IMG/VR virus record: IMGVR_UViG_3300032294_002797
Span: 1 to 64,000 of that record
Direction: 5' to 3' (one strand)
Length of the DNA stretch: 64,000 bases
Each line of letters begins with the position of its first letter. Position 1 is the first letter of the stretch. This document shows, piece after piece, positions 43,744-56,900 of the stretch. The translations under genes were made by a program, and so were the position numbers. The notes under the pieces were generated by a model that was not told the DNA's origin, did not search any database, and saw nothing but the letters and a program-made list of their open reading frames with translations.

Positions 43744-45294
43744 ATGATTATATATGACCAAGAAATTAATGATGGATTAAATAATCAAATTTTATCATCC
43801 TCTACTATAGCATATGCTTCCATAGCATGCCCTCTGATAAATAACGACCCGTCTACTCGTATTAAAGATCAATTTATTAGTTTAGCTTCTTTAGATGATG
43901 CAGACTTGTATTATGTACAATCTATATTAGTTAGTTCATCATGGAATAAAAATGATGATATTTTTGATAAACTTGAAGTATGGAAAGCTAGGCACACACC
44001 AGAAGATAAGCCGACAAATCTTGAACACGATGAAAATCTTATTATAGGTCACATTACAGCTAATTGGCCGATTGATGAGAATGGTAGTCGTATAGATGAA
44101 AACATAGATATTAATAGTATTCCAGATAAATTTCATATTCTAACCGGCTCTGTAATATATCGAGCTTTTACAGATCCTACTCTCAAAGAACGTGCTGAAA
44201 ACCTCATCACAGAGATAGAAAATGGTACCAAATATGTTAGCATGGAATGTTATTTTGATGGATTCGATTACGGCTTAATTCATAAGAACACTGGAGAATA
44301 TAAAATATTGCAGCGAAATAATAGTACTGCATATTTAACTAAATATTTAAGATCATATGGCGGAGCCGGTGAGCATGAGATCTATAAGATTGGTCGTGTA
44401 CTTAGAAATATTACTTTTAGTGGTAAGGGATTTGTGGACAAACCCGCTAATCCAGATAGTATAATTTTTACAAAAGAAAATATTTCTAGTTTATTCGATA
44501 AAAAAAATGATGATTTATCAAAATCAGGTGTAATATTAAATCAGTCTACTTCAACCGTGGAGAATATAATTATGAGCGAAATTTTAGAAAAGCAAGTCGC
44601 AGAACTAGGCGCTAAAATCGATACAGTATCATCTGCTTGCGCCGAAACTGTTAAAGAAGCATACAGTATTGCTTCGGAACTTAAGGATTCTAATCAGAAT
44701 CTTTCTAGTACACTTCAGGCCAAAGAAGAAGAACTTGCTTCACTTCAAGCCGCCAAGAAACTACAAGAAGAAGAAACAGAAAAAATGAAAGCATCTTTTG
44801 ACGAACAGCTCGAAGCAGCTATGAAAAAATGGCAAGCAGAAAAAGATTCTATGGAAGAAGAATCCAAGAAAACCAAGGCAGAATTAGAAGCCTTAGTCGA
44901 AACTTTAGCGGGCTATAAGTCTAAAGAAGAAGAAATGCTCAAGAAAGAAAAGAAAATGAAAAGAATGGCAGCATTACTTTCTGCTGGTTTAGACAATGAT
45001 ACCGCAACTTCCACCGTCGATAAATTTGATAGTATTGACGATGAGTCGTTCGAAGCTATGACTACAATTCTGGCCGCTGTTAAGCCTTCAATGAAAAAAG
45101 AAGAAGAGGCCATGATGATGAAACCTTCTAAGAAAATGGCTGCAGAAGAAGCTGTTGCTGCTCTTGAAACAGTAGAAACAGAAGAAGCTATTGAACTTAG
45201 TGTTGGTAGTGATTCCACAGAATCACCAGTAGAAGCTATTCGTTCTGAACTTGTAGAATTTGTTAGTGCTAGATTAAGTAAAAACTCAAAATAA
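43744..45294 (+). CDS. prohead protease-scaffold fusion
   Basis: NLEH...IIGHI, VSMEC and GFVDKPA protease motifs; acidic coiled-coil C-terminal half. Confidence 0.8.
   Translation: MIIYDQEINDGLNNQILSSSTIAYASIACPLINNDPSTRIKDQFISLASLDDADLYYVQSILVSSSWNKNDDIFDKLEVWKARHTPEDKPTNLEHDENLIIGHITANWPIDENGSRIDENIDINSIPDKFHILTGSVIYRAFTDPTLKERAENLITEIENGTKYVSMECYFDGFDYGLIHKNTGEYKILQRNNSTAYLTKYLRSYGGAGEHEIYKIGRVLRNITFSGKGFVDKPANPDSIIFTKENISSLFDKKNDDLSKSGVILNQSTSTVENIIMSEILEKQVAELGAKIDTVSSACAETVKEAYSIASELKDSNQNLSSTLQAKEEELASLQAAKKLQEEETEKMKASFDEQLEAAMKKWQAEKDSMEEESKKTKAELEALVETLAGYKSKEEEMLKKEKKMKRMAALLSAGLDNDTATSTVDKFDSIDDESFEAMTTILAAVKPSMKKEEEAMMMKPSKKMAAEEAVAALETVETEEAIELSVGSDSTESPVEAIRSELVEFVSARLSKNSK
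44572..45294 (+). CDS. probable nested scaffolding protein
   Basis: In-frame ATG with GGAGA RBS, and GGTGTA motif at 44527. Confidence 0.55.
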   Translation: MSEILEKQVAELGAKIDTVSSACAETVKEAYSIASELKDSNQNLSSTLQAKEEELASLQAAKKLQEEETEKMKASFDEQLEAAMKKWQAEKDSMEEESKKTKAELEALVETLAGYKSKEEEMLKKEKKMKRMAALLSAGLDNDTATSTVDKFDSIDDESFEAMTTILAAVKPSMKKEEEAMMMKPSKKMAAEEAVAALETVETEEAIELSVGSDSTESPVEAIRSELVEFVSARLSKNSK

Positions 45295-45307
45295 GGGAGA
45301 ATAAAAC

Positions 45308-45790
45308 ATGGCTCTTAAACCAGATCGTATTGAACTTCAAACAGATATCTCTTACTTCATGAACAATTCTACTACTTCTACTATAGAACGTGGTGGTGTT
45401 GCTTCTATCAGCACCGGTGGTTCGGGAGTAGCTATGGATGATAGCTCGGCTGTAGTAGCATATGCTACCACTGCTAGTGGCTGCAAACCAGTAGGTGTAC
45501 TCTTAAATGACGTAGTGAATATTGATTTGACTAGACAACACATCAATTGGCACAAAGATGAAGTGCAAGGTGGTGGCAAAGTTACTTTGCTACAAGTTGG
45601 TCAAATTACTACAAATAGAGTAGTAGGCTCTCCAACTGCTGGCGCTACCGCTTATGTTGGTGCCAGCGGAAACTTCTCTGCCACACCACCCAGTGATGCT
45701 GGCACAGAAGATGAAGCTTATCGCGTTGGTCGTTTCTTGAGTGCAAAAGATGCAGATGGTTACGCAAAAGTAGCAGTCAACATTGCCTAA
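45308..45790 (+). CDS. capsid decoration/cement-like protein
   Basis: Small Gly/Ala/Thr-rich protein between scaffold and MCP; GGGAGA RBS. Confidence 0.65.
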   Translation: MALKPDRIELQTDISYFMNNSTTSTIERGGVASISTGGSGVAMDDSSAVVAYATTASGCKPVGVLLNDVVNIDLTRQHINWHKDEVQGGGKVTLLQVGQITTNRVVGSPTAGATAYVGASGNFSATPPSDAGTEDEAYRVGRFLSAKDADGYAKVAVNIA

Positions 45791-45811
45791 TAACAAACGG
45801 AGAAAATAAAC

Positions 45812-46825
45812 ATGTCAGCAGTAAATAGTAAACCTTTTCAAGCAACACCAGAACTTACAGATCTTTTGATCAAGTCTGGTTCACAACACAGAGAAACTTC
45901 TTTAGCTGCCAACGCAGAATTTGCCAAAGCTCTAGAGCAGCCTCTTCGTCAGGCCGTACTTAGCGGCAATATTCTAGACGGTATCTTTGAACCTATTCGT
46001 TTAGCTCAAAGCGCTACTCCAGAATTTCCATTAGATTTCTTGGCTCCTGGTACAGAAAAGGACTTTGTCGCCTATACTGTACCCAACCACGGTTATATCC
46101 CAGAGCGACATGTAGAAGGCGATTACGTTATGGTACCAACATTTGATATTGGTGCTAGTATCGACTATCTCCTAAAATACGCTAGAGACGCCCGTTGGGA
46201 CGTTGTTGGTCGCGCAATGGAAGTTCTAGAAGCTTCATTTGTTAAAAAGATGAACGATGATGGCTGGCATACTCTTCTAGCCGCTGGCGTTGATCGTAAT
46301 ATCGTTGTTTATGATAGCGATGCCGCTAGTGGTCAGTTTACAAAGAGATTGGTTTCTCTTATGAAAACAGTTATGCGTCGTAACGGAGGCGGTAACTCAG
46401 CTAGTAACAATAGAGGTCTATTAACAGATCTTTATATTTCTCCCGAGGCAATGGAAGATATCCGTAATTGGGGTCTCGATCAGGTTGATGAAGTAACACG
46501 CAGAGAGATTTACACAGCTGCCGATGGCACAGTAAATCGCGTTTTCGGCGTTAATCTTCATGATCTAGATGAACTTGGCGAAGGTCAAGAATACCAGTTA
46601 TTCTTCAATAACACACTCTCAGCTACTTTACCGGGTGGCGACAATGAGCTTGTTGTTGGTCTTGATCTACGCAAGAGAGATAGTTTCATTATGCCAATCC
46701 GTGAAGAAGTTCAGATTTTTGAAGATGATACTCTTCATCGTCAAAAGAGAGCTGGTTTTTACGGCTGGGCAGAACAGGGCTTTGCTGTTCTAGACAACCG
46801 CAGAGTGATTTTAGGCTCTCTATAA
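45812..46825 (+). CDS. major capsid protein (HK97-like fold)
   Basis: 337 aa; position, strong RBS, biased codons, followed by a terminator. Confidence 0.8.
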   Translation: MSAVNSKPFQATPELTDLLIKSGSQHRETSLAANAEFAKALEQPLRQAVLSGNILDGIFEPIRLAQSATPEFPLDFLAPGTEKDFVAYTVPNHGYIPERHVEGDYVMVPTFDIGASIDYLLKYARDARWDVVGRAMEVLEASFVKKMNDDGWHTLLAAGVDRNIVVYDSDAASGQFTKRLVSLMKTVMRRNGGGNSASNNRGLLTDLYISPEAMEDIRNWGLDQVDEVTRREIYTAADGTVNRVFGVNLHDLDELGEGQEYQLFFNNTLSATLPGGDNELVVGLDLRKRDSFIMPIREEVQIFEDDTLHRQKRAGFYGWAEQGFAVLDNRRVILGSL

Positions 46826-46855
46826 TAGTTCTTGACTTTGATATAGCTAAAATAA

Positions 46856-46889
46856 AAGAGGGACCAGTTTATCTGGTCCTTCTTTTTTT
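46856..46889 (+). terminator. intrinsic terminator
   Basis: AGGGACCAG-TTTAT-CTGGTCCTT plus T7. Confidence 0.85.
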
Positions 46890-46954
46890 ATATACCTAGC
46901 AAAAGGTGTATATCTTCTATATAAGCAGCATTTTTTCTTATAGGAATTATTATT

Positions 46955-47470
46955 ATGTCTTGGCAAACAGAAATACCTATTATTGTGCGCACGCTAATCA
47001 ACGATTTAAGTGATCAACCTACTTATAGCGACGAAAGGATACTGCAAGTTATAACAGTAGCAGCAAAATATGTTCAATTTGACGTGGTTCTTGAACATCA
47101 ATATCTGGTCGATGTTACCAATCCAAACATTAGTCCAGATCCTACTTCTGATAGAGATGAAATTTTTATTAGTTTAGTCAGCTTGAAAGCTGCTTGTATT
47201 GTTGATCAAAGTACTTTTAGAACCAAAGCTGCCAATGAGGGTATAAGAGCAGCACTCGGTCCAGCTCAATTATCTATAGCGGGCAGTTTAGCGGGATGGA
47301 AAACTATACTAGAACAAGGTCCTTGTGCAGCATACGATGAACTAGTTTCTCATTGGGATGTTGGGCAAGCTACCACTGCTAAGGCTATTCTCAGTCCATT
47401 CGTTGGAAATAATTTTGATCCCAGATATTTACAAACCTATACTGATAGATCACGATATTTCTATTCTTGA
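46955..47470 (+). CDS. head-tail connector/neck-like protein
   Basis: VRTLIND...YSDERI adaptor-like pattern; follows MCP; GGTGTA at 46905. Confidence 0.55.
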   Translation: MSWQTEIPIIVRTLINDLSDQPTYSDERILQVITVAAKYVQFDVVLEHQYLVDVTNPNISPDPTSDRDEIFISLVSLKAACIVDQSTFRTKAANEGIRAALGPAQLSIAGSLAGWKTILEQGPCAAYDELVSHWDVGQATTAKAILSPFVGNNFDPRYLQTYTDRSRYFYS

Positions 47471-47485
47471 TCATAGGAGACAACC

Positions 47486-47938
47486 ATGGCAGCTGCTGAA
47501 TACAGTTTTACAATGGAAAAAGGAACAGCTTTTGTTATTGCTTTTGAATATAAGAACGATAATAATACTGCTATTAATTTGACAAATTGGTGTGCAAGAC
47601 TCAGATGGATAGAAGATCAACCAGAAAATCCCATTATACGTACTTTTGTGACAGATACACGAAATAGTCAATATGAGTTTTATATAGATCCATTATTAGG
47701 TAAACTAATTTTAAGAATACCAGCTAGTCAAACAGCTCAATATACCTTCGGTGGTGCAAGATATGATCTAGAATTACAAGAGCCGAACGATTTATATTCT
47801 GGTGGAGGGAAAAAAGTATTTAGAATTTTACAAGGCTCTATTGGATTGATATCAAGAAATGTTCCTGGTACTGAAGCATTTCAGTGTGATATTAATACGC
47901 AAGATGATTGTGGACAATGTTCGTCATTAGGCAATTAA
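47486..47938 (+). CDS. Ig-like virion structural protein (BppU/fibre-adaptor-like)
   Basis: INLTNWCAR...YDLEL...RILQG pattern; AGGAGA RBS. Confidence 0.55.
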   Translation: MAAAEYSFTMEKGTAFVIAFEYKNDNNTAINLTNWCARLRWIEDQPENPIIRTFVTDTRNSQYEFYIDPLLGKLILRIPASQTAQYTFGGARYDLELQEPNDLYSGGGKKVFRILQGSIGLISRNVPGTEAFQCDINTQDDCGQCSSLGN

Positions 47939-47945
47939 TAATCAA

Positions 47946-50900
47946 ATGAGTATAGTATCCGTTCAAGAGCAATTTCAACCATCTAGATATCTTGTAATAT
48001 CTAATTTATCTAATTCACAAGAGATATCTACAACCAGAGTTCTAGTATCTGATTTAAGAACTAATACTATTAATTTGGTCACCATAGAAAAAGGTCCAGT
48101 CGGCGATACTGGACCACAAGGACCTAAAGGAGAACCCGGTAAAGATGGTTTAATTTTTAATGTATTGCCAATTACTAGTGGAGGTACCAATAATACTAAT
48201 TTTGATACCAATTATTTGATCTCATATGATGGAAATAAACTTGTTAGCTCTCCGTATACCGTTAATGATATAGTTAATCTGAGTAATGCTACTAATAATA
48301 GTATAACTGGTATAATAGCCGGTTCTGGAATACAACGCACAATCGGTCCCAATAATACTTCTATTTTAGATGTAAAAATCGGAGATGGTCTAAGAATTTC
48401 CAACTCTACTATTGTAGTAGATGATAGTGTCGTTAGAGCTACTGGCGTTAATATAAATCAATTGATCGGCACGCTCCCAATTTCTAAGGGAGGCACAAGT
48501 AATTCTTCGTATTCTGTTAATAGATTAATTTATTACAATGGTTCTAGTTTTAGTTCTTTTCCTTTGAATACTGGAAATATTGTAGTTAGCGGATCCACTA
48601 TAAATATTGTAGCTGGTTCTGGTCTTATTGGCGGAGGACTGACCACAGTACCAAACGGCACGGTGGTTTTGGAAATTGGTCCTTCTTCAGATATTTTAGT
48701 TGAAGAAAATTCTATATCTTTAACTCCTGTAGGATCTCCAGGAACATATACCAAAATTACGACAGATGATAAAGGAAGAGTCATATCTGGATCATCATTA
48801 ACTATTCAAGATATTATTGCATTGTTGGGATATACTCCTTGGCATGCCGGTAACGACGGAGAATCATCCGGACTGGATGCTGATTTATTAGATGGGAGGC
48901 ATGGATCTTTTTATCAAAATGCTAACAATTTATCTGGCACATTAAATTTAGATAGACTGCCCAATTTACACAGTCAATCCCAAGTAGGAACCAAATTTGT
49001 TATCAATACCAAAGGCCTGATAGAAGATGTATATCTCGCTGATTCTCAAGATATTATTTCTTCTCTTGGCTATAGGCCGCTAAATGCTGAATCAGATGAC
49101 ACAAAATTAGGATCATTAAATATTATTGGTAATTTAATTACTAGTGCTGGAGATGTTAGCCTATATGACAATCTTCCTCTGTTAGGTACAAACAGACCTA
49201 ATATATTACCCTCCGAGCCAAGAGGATTTACTTTTAATTATGGTGGATCTTTTACTAATAAAACAGGTATCTTAGCATATTATCCTACAGATAATCAACT
49301 TAGATTGATTACTAATATTTTTGGATCGGGTTCTAGTATAGATGCTAATGATATAAATCAGGACGATATTAATGGAGGAGATGCTCAATCTATTTATATA
49401 ATAGAGAATCTACAGGGAGATACTAGTACAGTTTTATTTAGAGAAATTGCAGATCAACTATATATTAGTACAAATACATCTCAAACTATATATGGCTTTA
49501 AAAGATTCTTAGCAGACTTAGAGGTTGCATCACAATTACGTATACTGGGAGACAATGCTACTCCTACTAGACCTCCGTTGTCTGTTGGTAATAATAATTT
49601 ATTAGTAACTAATTTAAATGCGGACTTATTAGATAATGCGCACGGATCATTTTATCGTAATGCAGCAAATATCACTGGGTCTTTTAGTTATAATAATGTT
49701 ACCTTTGATCACATTCAGGGCGAAAATAATTTTATACCTAAGTTTACAGATCCCAGAGAACCTTCTCGTCAAATCACAGCATCTAATATTTTACAAAGAT
49801 CTAATGGCGACATAGAAATTAGTAATGAAAGGAATCTGATTGTTGGACTAGATGATAATGTTACTGATAGTGCTTCTATTAATACGCTCACTGTTGGAGA
49901 AAACAATTTCACCAGTTCTGAAAATAGCATATCAATAGGTCAACATAATATATTAGCCGGCTTTAATTCTGCTACTATCGGCAGTCGCAATATGGCAAGT
50001 GGCGATAATTCTATTGCTACTAATTTAGGTTCTACTACCAGAAGTGATCAGTCAGTAGCTATGGGTTCTTATGGCATAACAGAGGTGCCTAACCAGTTTG
50101 CTTTTGGAGCTTTTAGAACAGTGGGTTCTGGTAATCAAATTTTGGAACACGGACAGTATTCAACTGTTGCAGCTTATTTAAGGGGCACAGAGACGGATGG
50201 TAATTGGCGCTCTATGACACCTATTATTAATTTACCTAAAGATAAAACTATAGCATTCAATATAGAACTATTAATTAATAAAGGTCTAAGTAGCGGTGTT
50301 GGACATTTTCTTTTTGAAAGTGGTATTATTAATAATGCAACCTATCGTAATCCTTTAAATATTACAGAAATACTAAATAGTACAACTGTTCCCAATAGCG
50401 GAACTAAAATACAAGTATTTAATAACTCTCAACTACGTAGACATTATCATTTTTGGAACTATACAAATCCAGTAAGACCAGAATCGCCAACCCGAGTCGG
50501 ACAATATATAAATTGTCTGGATGCTCCTAATAGAGAACTTGATATATCTATTCGACATTTACCTACTTATCATATGTATACTCCAACACAGGTACATATA
50601 AGTGGCATATTCGAAAAAACTTTTGATGGTAATCTCATTCTAGATGTATCTAAACCTAGATATAGCGGTATTTTTACCCAGTCGTTTACAAGTCCTCATA
50701 TCTCCATATACAGTAAAAATCATGGCGTGGTACAAGACTCAGAAGTAGATATAGAATTTGTAAGCAGCTCTAAATATTTTTTACCCAAAAAGAGATATAA
50801 AGCTCTGCTAAGTGGTCAAGACTCCTTTTTTGTATCATCACCAGAATGGAGAGGAGTCAAACAAACACTAAATAACGAAACTAAAATTTATATTCAAAAT

Positions 50901-53900
50901 ACTAGTGAATATAATAAATTATTTGCATTTGATTTTATTGCTTCTATTAGTAATAATATCATTACTTTACCCATCGGTACGGTAAATAATGCCGGCTATA
51001 GAATAGATCAAATTGCTAAAAATAATATGAATATTAAGCTTGTACAACCTTATTCTAATATAGCCTATAATCGAATTATACAATCTATTAGTGGCAATAA
51101 ATTATTTATTAACTATCCATTATACTCAGATAGTCCTAATCCACAACAATTTACTGGAGATATTCGTGTTATTCTAGATAATTACTCTTTTTTTGTATAT
51201 AAAGAATGCGATAGTCTTTATATTAATTCTGAGTTTCAAAATATCAAAGATGCAAAAGCCACAAATACTGCGCAGTTTTTCCCTGATGCGAGATTTTCAT
51301 TTGTAAATGACGGCGGATCAGGCACGGTGATCAATCCCCAAGATGCTCTTTTATACAGCAATCAAAATAATTCTATAGAGATAGCTGTTGATGATATTGA
51401 TCAAAATGGAATATTTGATTTAGATGATGTAACAAATGTGGCCACAAACAATAATCCTTTTATATTTTCTATATCTATACCATACAACATTACTAATATT
51501 TCAGATGGCTCCGTTGTTTCTGTAAGACCCGTTTTTAATAATAATACAGGAACATTAAATTTATATCATAGAAATACATATAATTGTAGTTATAGCTCTA
51601 CATACTCTGATCTCAATAAACATAGTGGCTGTTATATTAGATGGAAAGATGATAGTAATTATCACAGAATATCTATTTTTGATTCTGGAAATAAACCTGT
51701 CAATTTTATATCCAATCCTCCGTCATTTGAGTTATCTAACGGATATTTATCTGATAATAATAAATTTTTTAATATTCAACAAAGTGGTAATAGATATTAT
51801 TTATATACTAATACATCTTTTGATTATGAAACTAATAATATAATTCCCATTAGAGTTAAAGCATCATCACACAAAGATAATATTGCTCCTAATTTTGAAA
51901 AAATTCTTTATATCTATATACAGAATCAACAAGAAAATCCTTTAGTAGCTAAACCTATTGGTAATTTTAATATTTATGCTAATGATATTTTTGAATATAA
52001 TGTTCCTAGTGATACTTTTTCTGATTCAGATCATGGAGAACTAAAATATTCCGCAGAGATAAAAGGTGGACACTCCTTACCAAGATGGTTAGTATTTAAT
52101 AGCCAAACTATTAGTTTTAGCGGAACGCCGGATATATGCGATATAGGAGCTTATTCTATAGATTTAATAGCTACAGACGAAGATGGCTTGAGTATTACAG
52201 ATAATTTTATTATCGAGGTTGCCGATAATCCTGTATCAACCATGGAAGTCTTCGCTTATGACGTGAGCAATATTCTAAGAACAGAAAATATTTATCTTAC
52301 ACAAAATCATTTGGAGGAAAACGCACCTCCGGCTACACTTGTTGGAGAATTGCGTCATATCGGAGGATATAATCCATACATAACATTTTTGACTGCAGAA
52401 AATAATTTTTCCGGCATCTTGAATAAAAATAGCGATATCGTCACAAAATGTAAGCCCATTTTACAACATTATATCCCAGCATCTATATCAGGATCTCCAG
52501 AGTTTCTATCTATTTATTCTGATGTATCTCTTAAAGACAATCTTAACAATACTTTGGGATCTGGATATAAAGTAAAAAATGTATATAAGCCAACTATTTT
52601 TAGCGGAACACCTATTAATAATGGCAAAATTATTTTTGATAATACTAATTTTGATTATTCTGTATCTACATTATTTACAAATCAGTTATTACCCATGAGG
52701 AATGTTAATCCGTCTTTTGGTTCTAGGATGAGAATCGGCTCATTTAATGATTATAGCGCCACGTTGACGAATGGATTATTACAAGAAAAAAGAGGTTCAG
52801 ATATAGAGCTTATTTTGACCGAGAATAATGAAGTTATAAATCATAATATGAATGAACTTTTAATTTCTTATTATATTGAGGAAGAAGACCGATTTAATGA
52901 TATATGTTCAGAGAATGAAGTAGATAAATTAATATATACTAACTATCATGAATATAAAAATATTTCATGGTCCACCAAAAATATGTACTCTTGGTTATTC
53001 ACAGAGTCTGAAGATTCTAATTTGGTGCCAGAAAATAATGTTCTCCAGAACCTACAAAGCGAAAATATATCTAACCTAGAGAGTATTTCGTATCCACCCA
53101 CTTATACAAATATAGAATTATTAACAGAAAATTACGAGAATATAAATGATGAAGCTTATTTTTCATTAACGGATAATATTGTAGATTATGTGTGGTACTC
53201 TGATGATCCTATAAAAATTTATCGACAATTTCATAACAATATTGATAGATCTTTTATAGACAATAAGAGTCCTAATTATCCGCTAAATCCATTACAACAA
53301 TTATATTACAGTAATGATACTATAGGATTATTACAGTCAAATATAGATTATACTAGAGATAACAATCAATTAAATTATGCTCATGACTACTGGTATTTTG
53401 ATAAAGAACTTAATAATGCTGTCTTATATGTCGATAAATTAGGTTCTGATGATAATGCTCATTTTATTACAGAGCAACGCATTTATGCTGGAGCCTACAT
53501 TGATAGCGCCCCATATGAGTATGGTTTATTAATCACAGAGGATGGCCATGGAATTATTTCTAATACAAAAACTCATCATGGATCAAGAATAGAGTTATCT
53601 GATAGATATGAAATTTTGGAATCAATTAATATATTTAATGATAATGGCAAAATTTTTCTCGATTCTTCTATTGACTCTCTTCTTTGTGAAAATAACGATC
53701 TTGTAGTACACGACTATGCCATTAGCGCTAAGAGTGGTACGGCGTACATCCTATTTCCTGGTAAAAATAATCAGATTAAAATTAATTATCCTAATAGAGC
53801 ATCATTATCTGCTAATAGAATAGGTCATGGTCAACAGGGATATTATGAAGATCAACTGTCTCTATTACCCACAAGTCTAAAATTTACTGAACCAAACTTT

Positions 53901-56900
53901 TTCTATACCTGGGGTAAGCTTATTCCGTATAGACTTTATACAGATGAATATGCTATAAGACTTGATTCTGCTTATAGCGGAATATCTCAAAATGGCAAGA
54001 TTTGCTATTCTGGTAATATTCCTGATTCTGGACATTATTTTCCAGAAATTTTTCAGACCTATAACTTTACTACCTATACAGGTATTTGCCCGATACCTTC
54101 ATTATCTGGAGGCTTTAACGGCTTTGGTATCAGAGAAAATTATAATGATAATGGAGAGTATGTTACGGGACTAGTTACTTTTTATACGGATGTAACATCT
54201 TCTAAGATTTCTATTAGTGCTATAAATGATGAATTTAATTTAGATGAACGAAATACCGATTATCTCAGGATCTATAACCCGGTCACATCCGCGTATAATC
54301 CTCAATTGCCTAGAATAGATACTTATTTCGATATCGATATTTTATCTGACAAAGCTTTTTCTGTAGAAAATTTATTTTTATACCCATCCATATATAATAT
54401 TGTTCATTCCGGTAATATTTCTGTTAATCTAGATCGTAATCATAATCGTAAGAGCTATAGTCCTAAAATAGTAAATAGAATACCCATAGTTTTTGATACT
54501 GTCTATAATTCAAATCAAAATCGCTTACCAAAAAATAACTTTTTTGATATAGAGAGTATCAGCGGAAATAAAATCTACGTTAAGGATGACAGAAGCTATC
54601 TTCTTAAAGAAAGTATTTATCCTGATTATTTTAATCATGCTGTACGAGCATCCTATTTGACCAATGGTTGTTCATTTTTAGGATCTTTATTTCATAATAA
54701 TAATAAGATATATGATATAAGACCCAATTTAAATTTATTTGATCAAGTCTATAATAATGCTACTTTCGAATTTGACAAGAACAAAAAAGAACTCGCTATA
54801 AATTTACCTACTGGTCTTGTAAAAGTATTTGACAATATTGAACTATTCAATTTTGCTGCATTATCTCCTTATATGATTTTTGATACGTCTAAAGTCTACC
54901 ACACAGGCTTCACTGTATTGCAACAAAATATGTCTATCAGAAATACCGATCCCACTCCGGAACAAGATTTTATATTGATGGAAAGATCATTAACAGTTCT
55001 AGCTCCAGATAATATCGAAAGACTAACCTTCAATAGTGATATATTCAGTAATTCGGTGTCAGGGACATGTTCTATTTCGTCTAAATTAGCAAATAGACTT
55101 GCTACCGGATATTTATTAAACTACACAGACAATATATCTAATCAATCTGGTCACCAGGTGTTAAGTATTCAAAACGGATATCAATTATCTGGAGTTATTC
55201 CTCGTAATCATAATATTCTATCATCCACTGGAATTCTTCTAGATGACAGGCTGGGTTTTTCTAGTGTAATATCTACCGGATCTCCGATTCTACTTAGCGG
55301 AGTGAAAACACACAAGATCGTTGACTCCGATGATATTGGGTATACAGAATTTTATAGGATTAATGCCTCTGGATTCCCTGTTCATCACTTGTTATCTAGT
55401 GGTATTTATGGTAAAGGAACTGTTTCTTTGCCATATAAGATTTTTATAGATACAAGCGGATCCAGCACAAATACGAGAATGGTAGAACTTTTATATCTTG
55501 GACATAACCCTAATACTCTAAATTTTTATGGAGTATTGAGCACGTCCGGATCAATGGGAGATTTTTCTATCACACAAATAAAATTAGCTGATCAATTGCA
55601 CATCGATTATTTAAATAAATTAGGTGTTGTTTCCGGCGTAACTCCTGTGATAGATACCGGAACACTAGGCTATGATTCAAATATTAATTGGTCTATACCA
55701 GTTGATAGATATGATATCATTCAGTTGAGAATTGATCCTAATAATATGCCTTCTGGTAATAATGCTTGTTATTTATATGCATATATGCAAGATCCGGCTG
55801 ATCCCTTACCTCTTAAGCTAGATCATCCGTCGCTAGTTAATACTGGCATAGCATACTTTCCTTCTTATAAAGAGATAAATAAATCTTTATTTTATATTTT
55901 ACCAACTATTAATACTACAGTTAAATATTGTAATCTTAATCAACCATATAATAAAAATAATAATATATTTTATAATGGCAATATTATTCAGTTAACTCGC
56001 TTAGATTCTATTAAAAGTTTTCTTAATAAAAATGATCATATTAAATTACAAAAAATTAATGATGTAAATATTATTGGTGGATCGCATATCAATAAAATAA
56101 ATAACAGCAATGAGACCACTCATATAACAGGAATATCTATAGACGGAAAGATCGCCATACCTCCAAATCAATATATGTATGCTAGCAAAGCTTTGTTAGA
56201 AGACACAAACAGACATGTAGACGTATTCTCTACTGGTATTAACACTCGAACTCCTATATCTGGATACATCGATTTTGTAGGGTATAATTCCGGATCGTTT
56301 AACTTAATAGACTATAACAATCTTATAGTGCAGTCTCATGGAGGTTCTACTGCTAGGTGGCCCCAGGATACTGATGGGCATCTTGTTCCTCCTATATTTA
56401 CAGGTATATATTCTGTAGTAGATAATGGTACTTCATCGTGTACCTCTGGAAGATTATGTGTATCAATATCTGGATATAAAAATACTCCTATATCTGATTA
56501 TATGTTATTTGATAAATATTATTATTTTGATTTTATTGATGGTATGCCATCATCTAGTAATCTTTATAAAATTAAAGATAAATTATCATATCAAAAAATA
56601 TCTATAGATATACCATATGATACTAGTTTGATTAATAATTCTGGTCTAGTTTACATAATAGATAGTCACTTTAATATCAAGCCCCACCTGGATCCTAATT
56701 TAAATAATGCCTTTATAAGAAATGTTGCCACGCTTTCTAATGTAAATAATATTGATCTGCTGGAACATACTATACATGCATTTGACGACAGTACTAAAAA
56801 ATGGAACCATATCTTCCATCTGCCTCAAACATTACCAGCATTTTCATCTTATCCCATCTCTGTGTCCATAGGTTCTGCGTTACAATCTGGTAATATTGTC

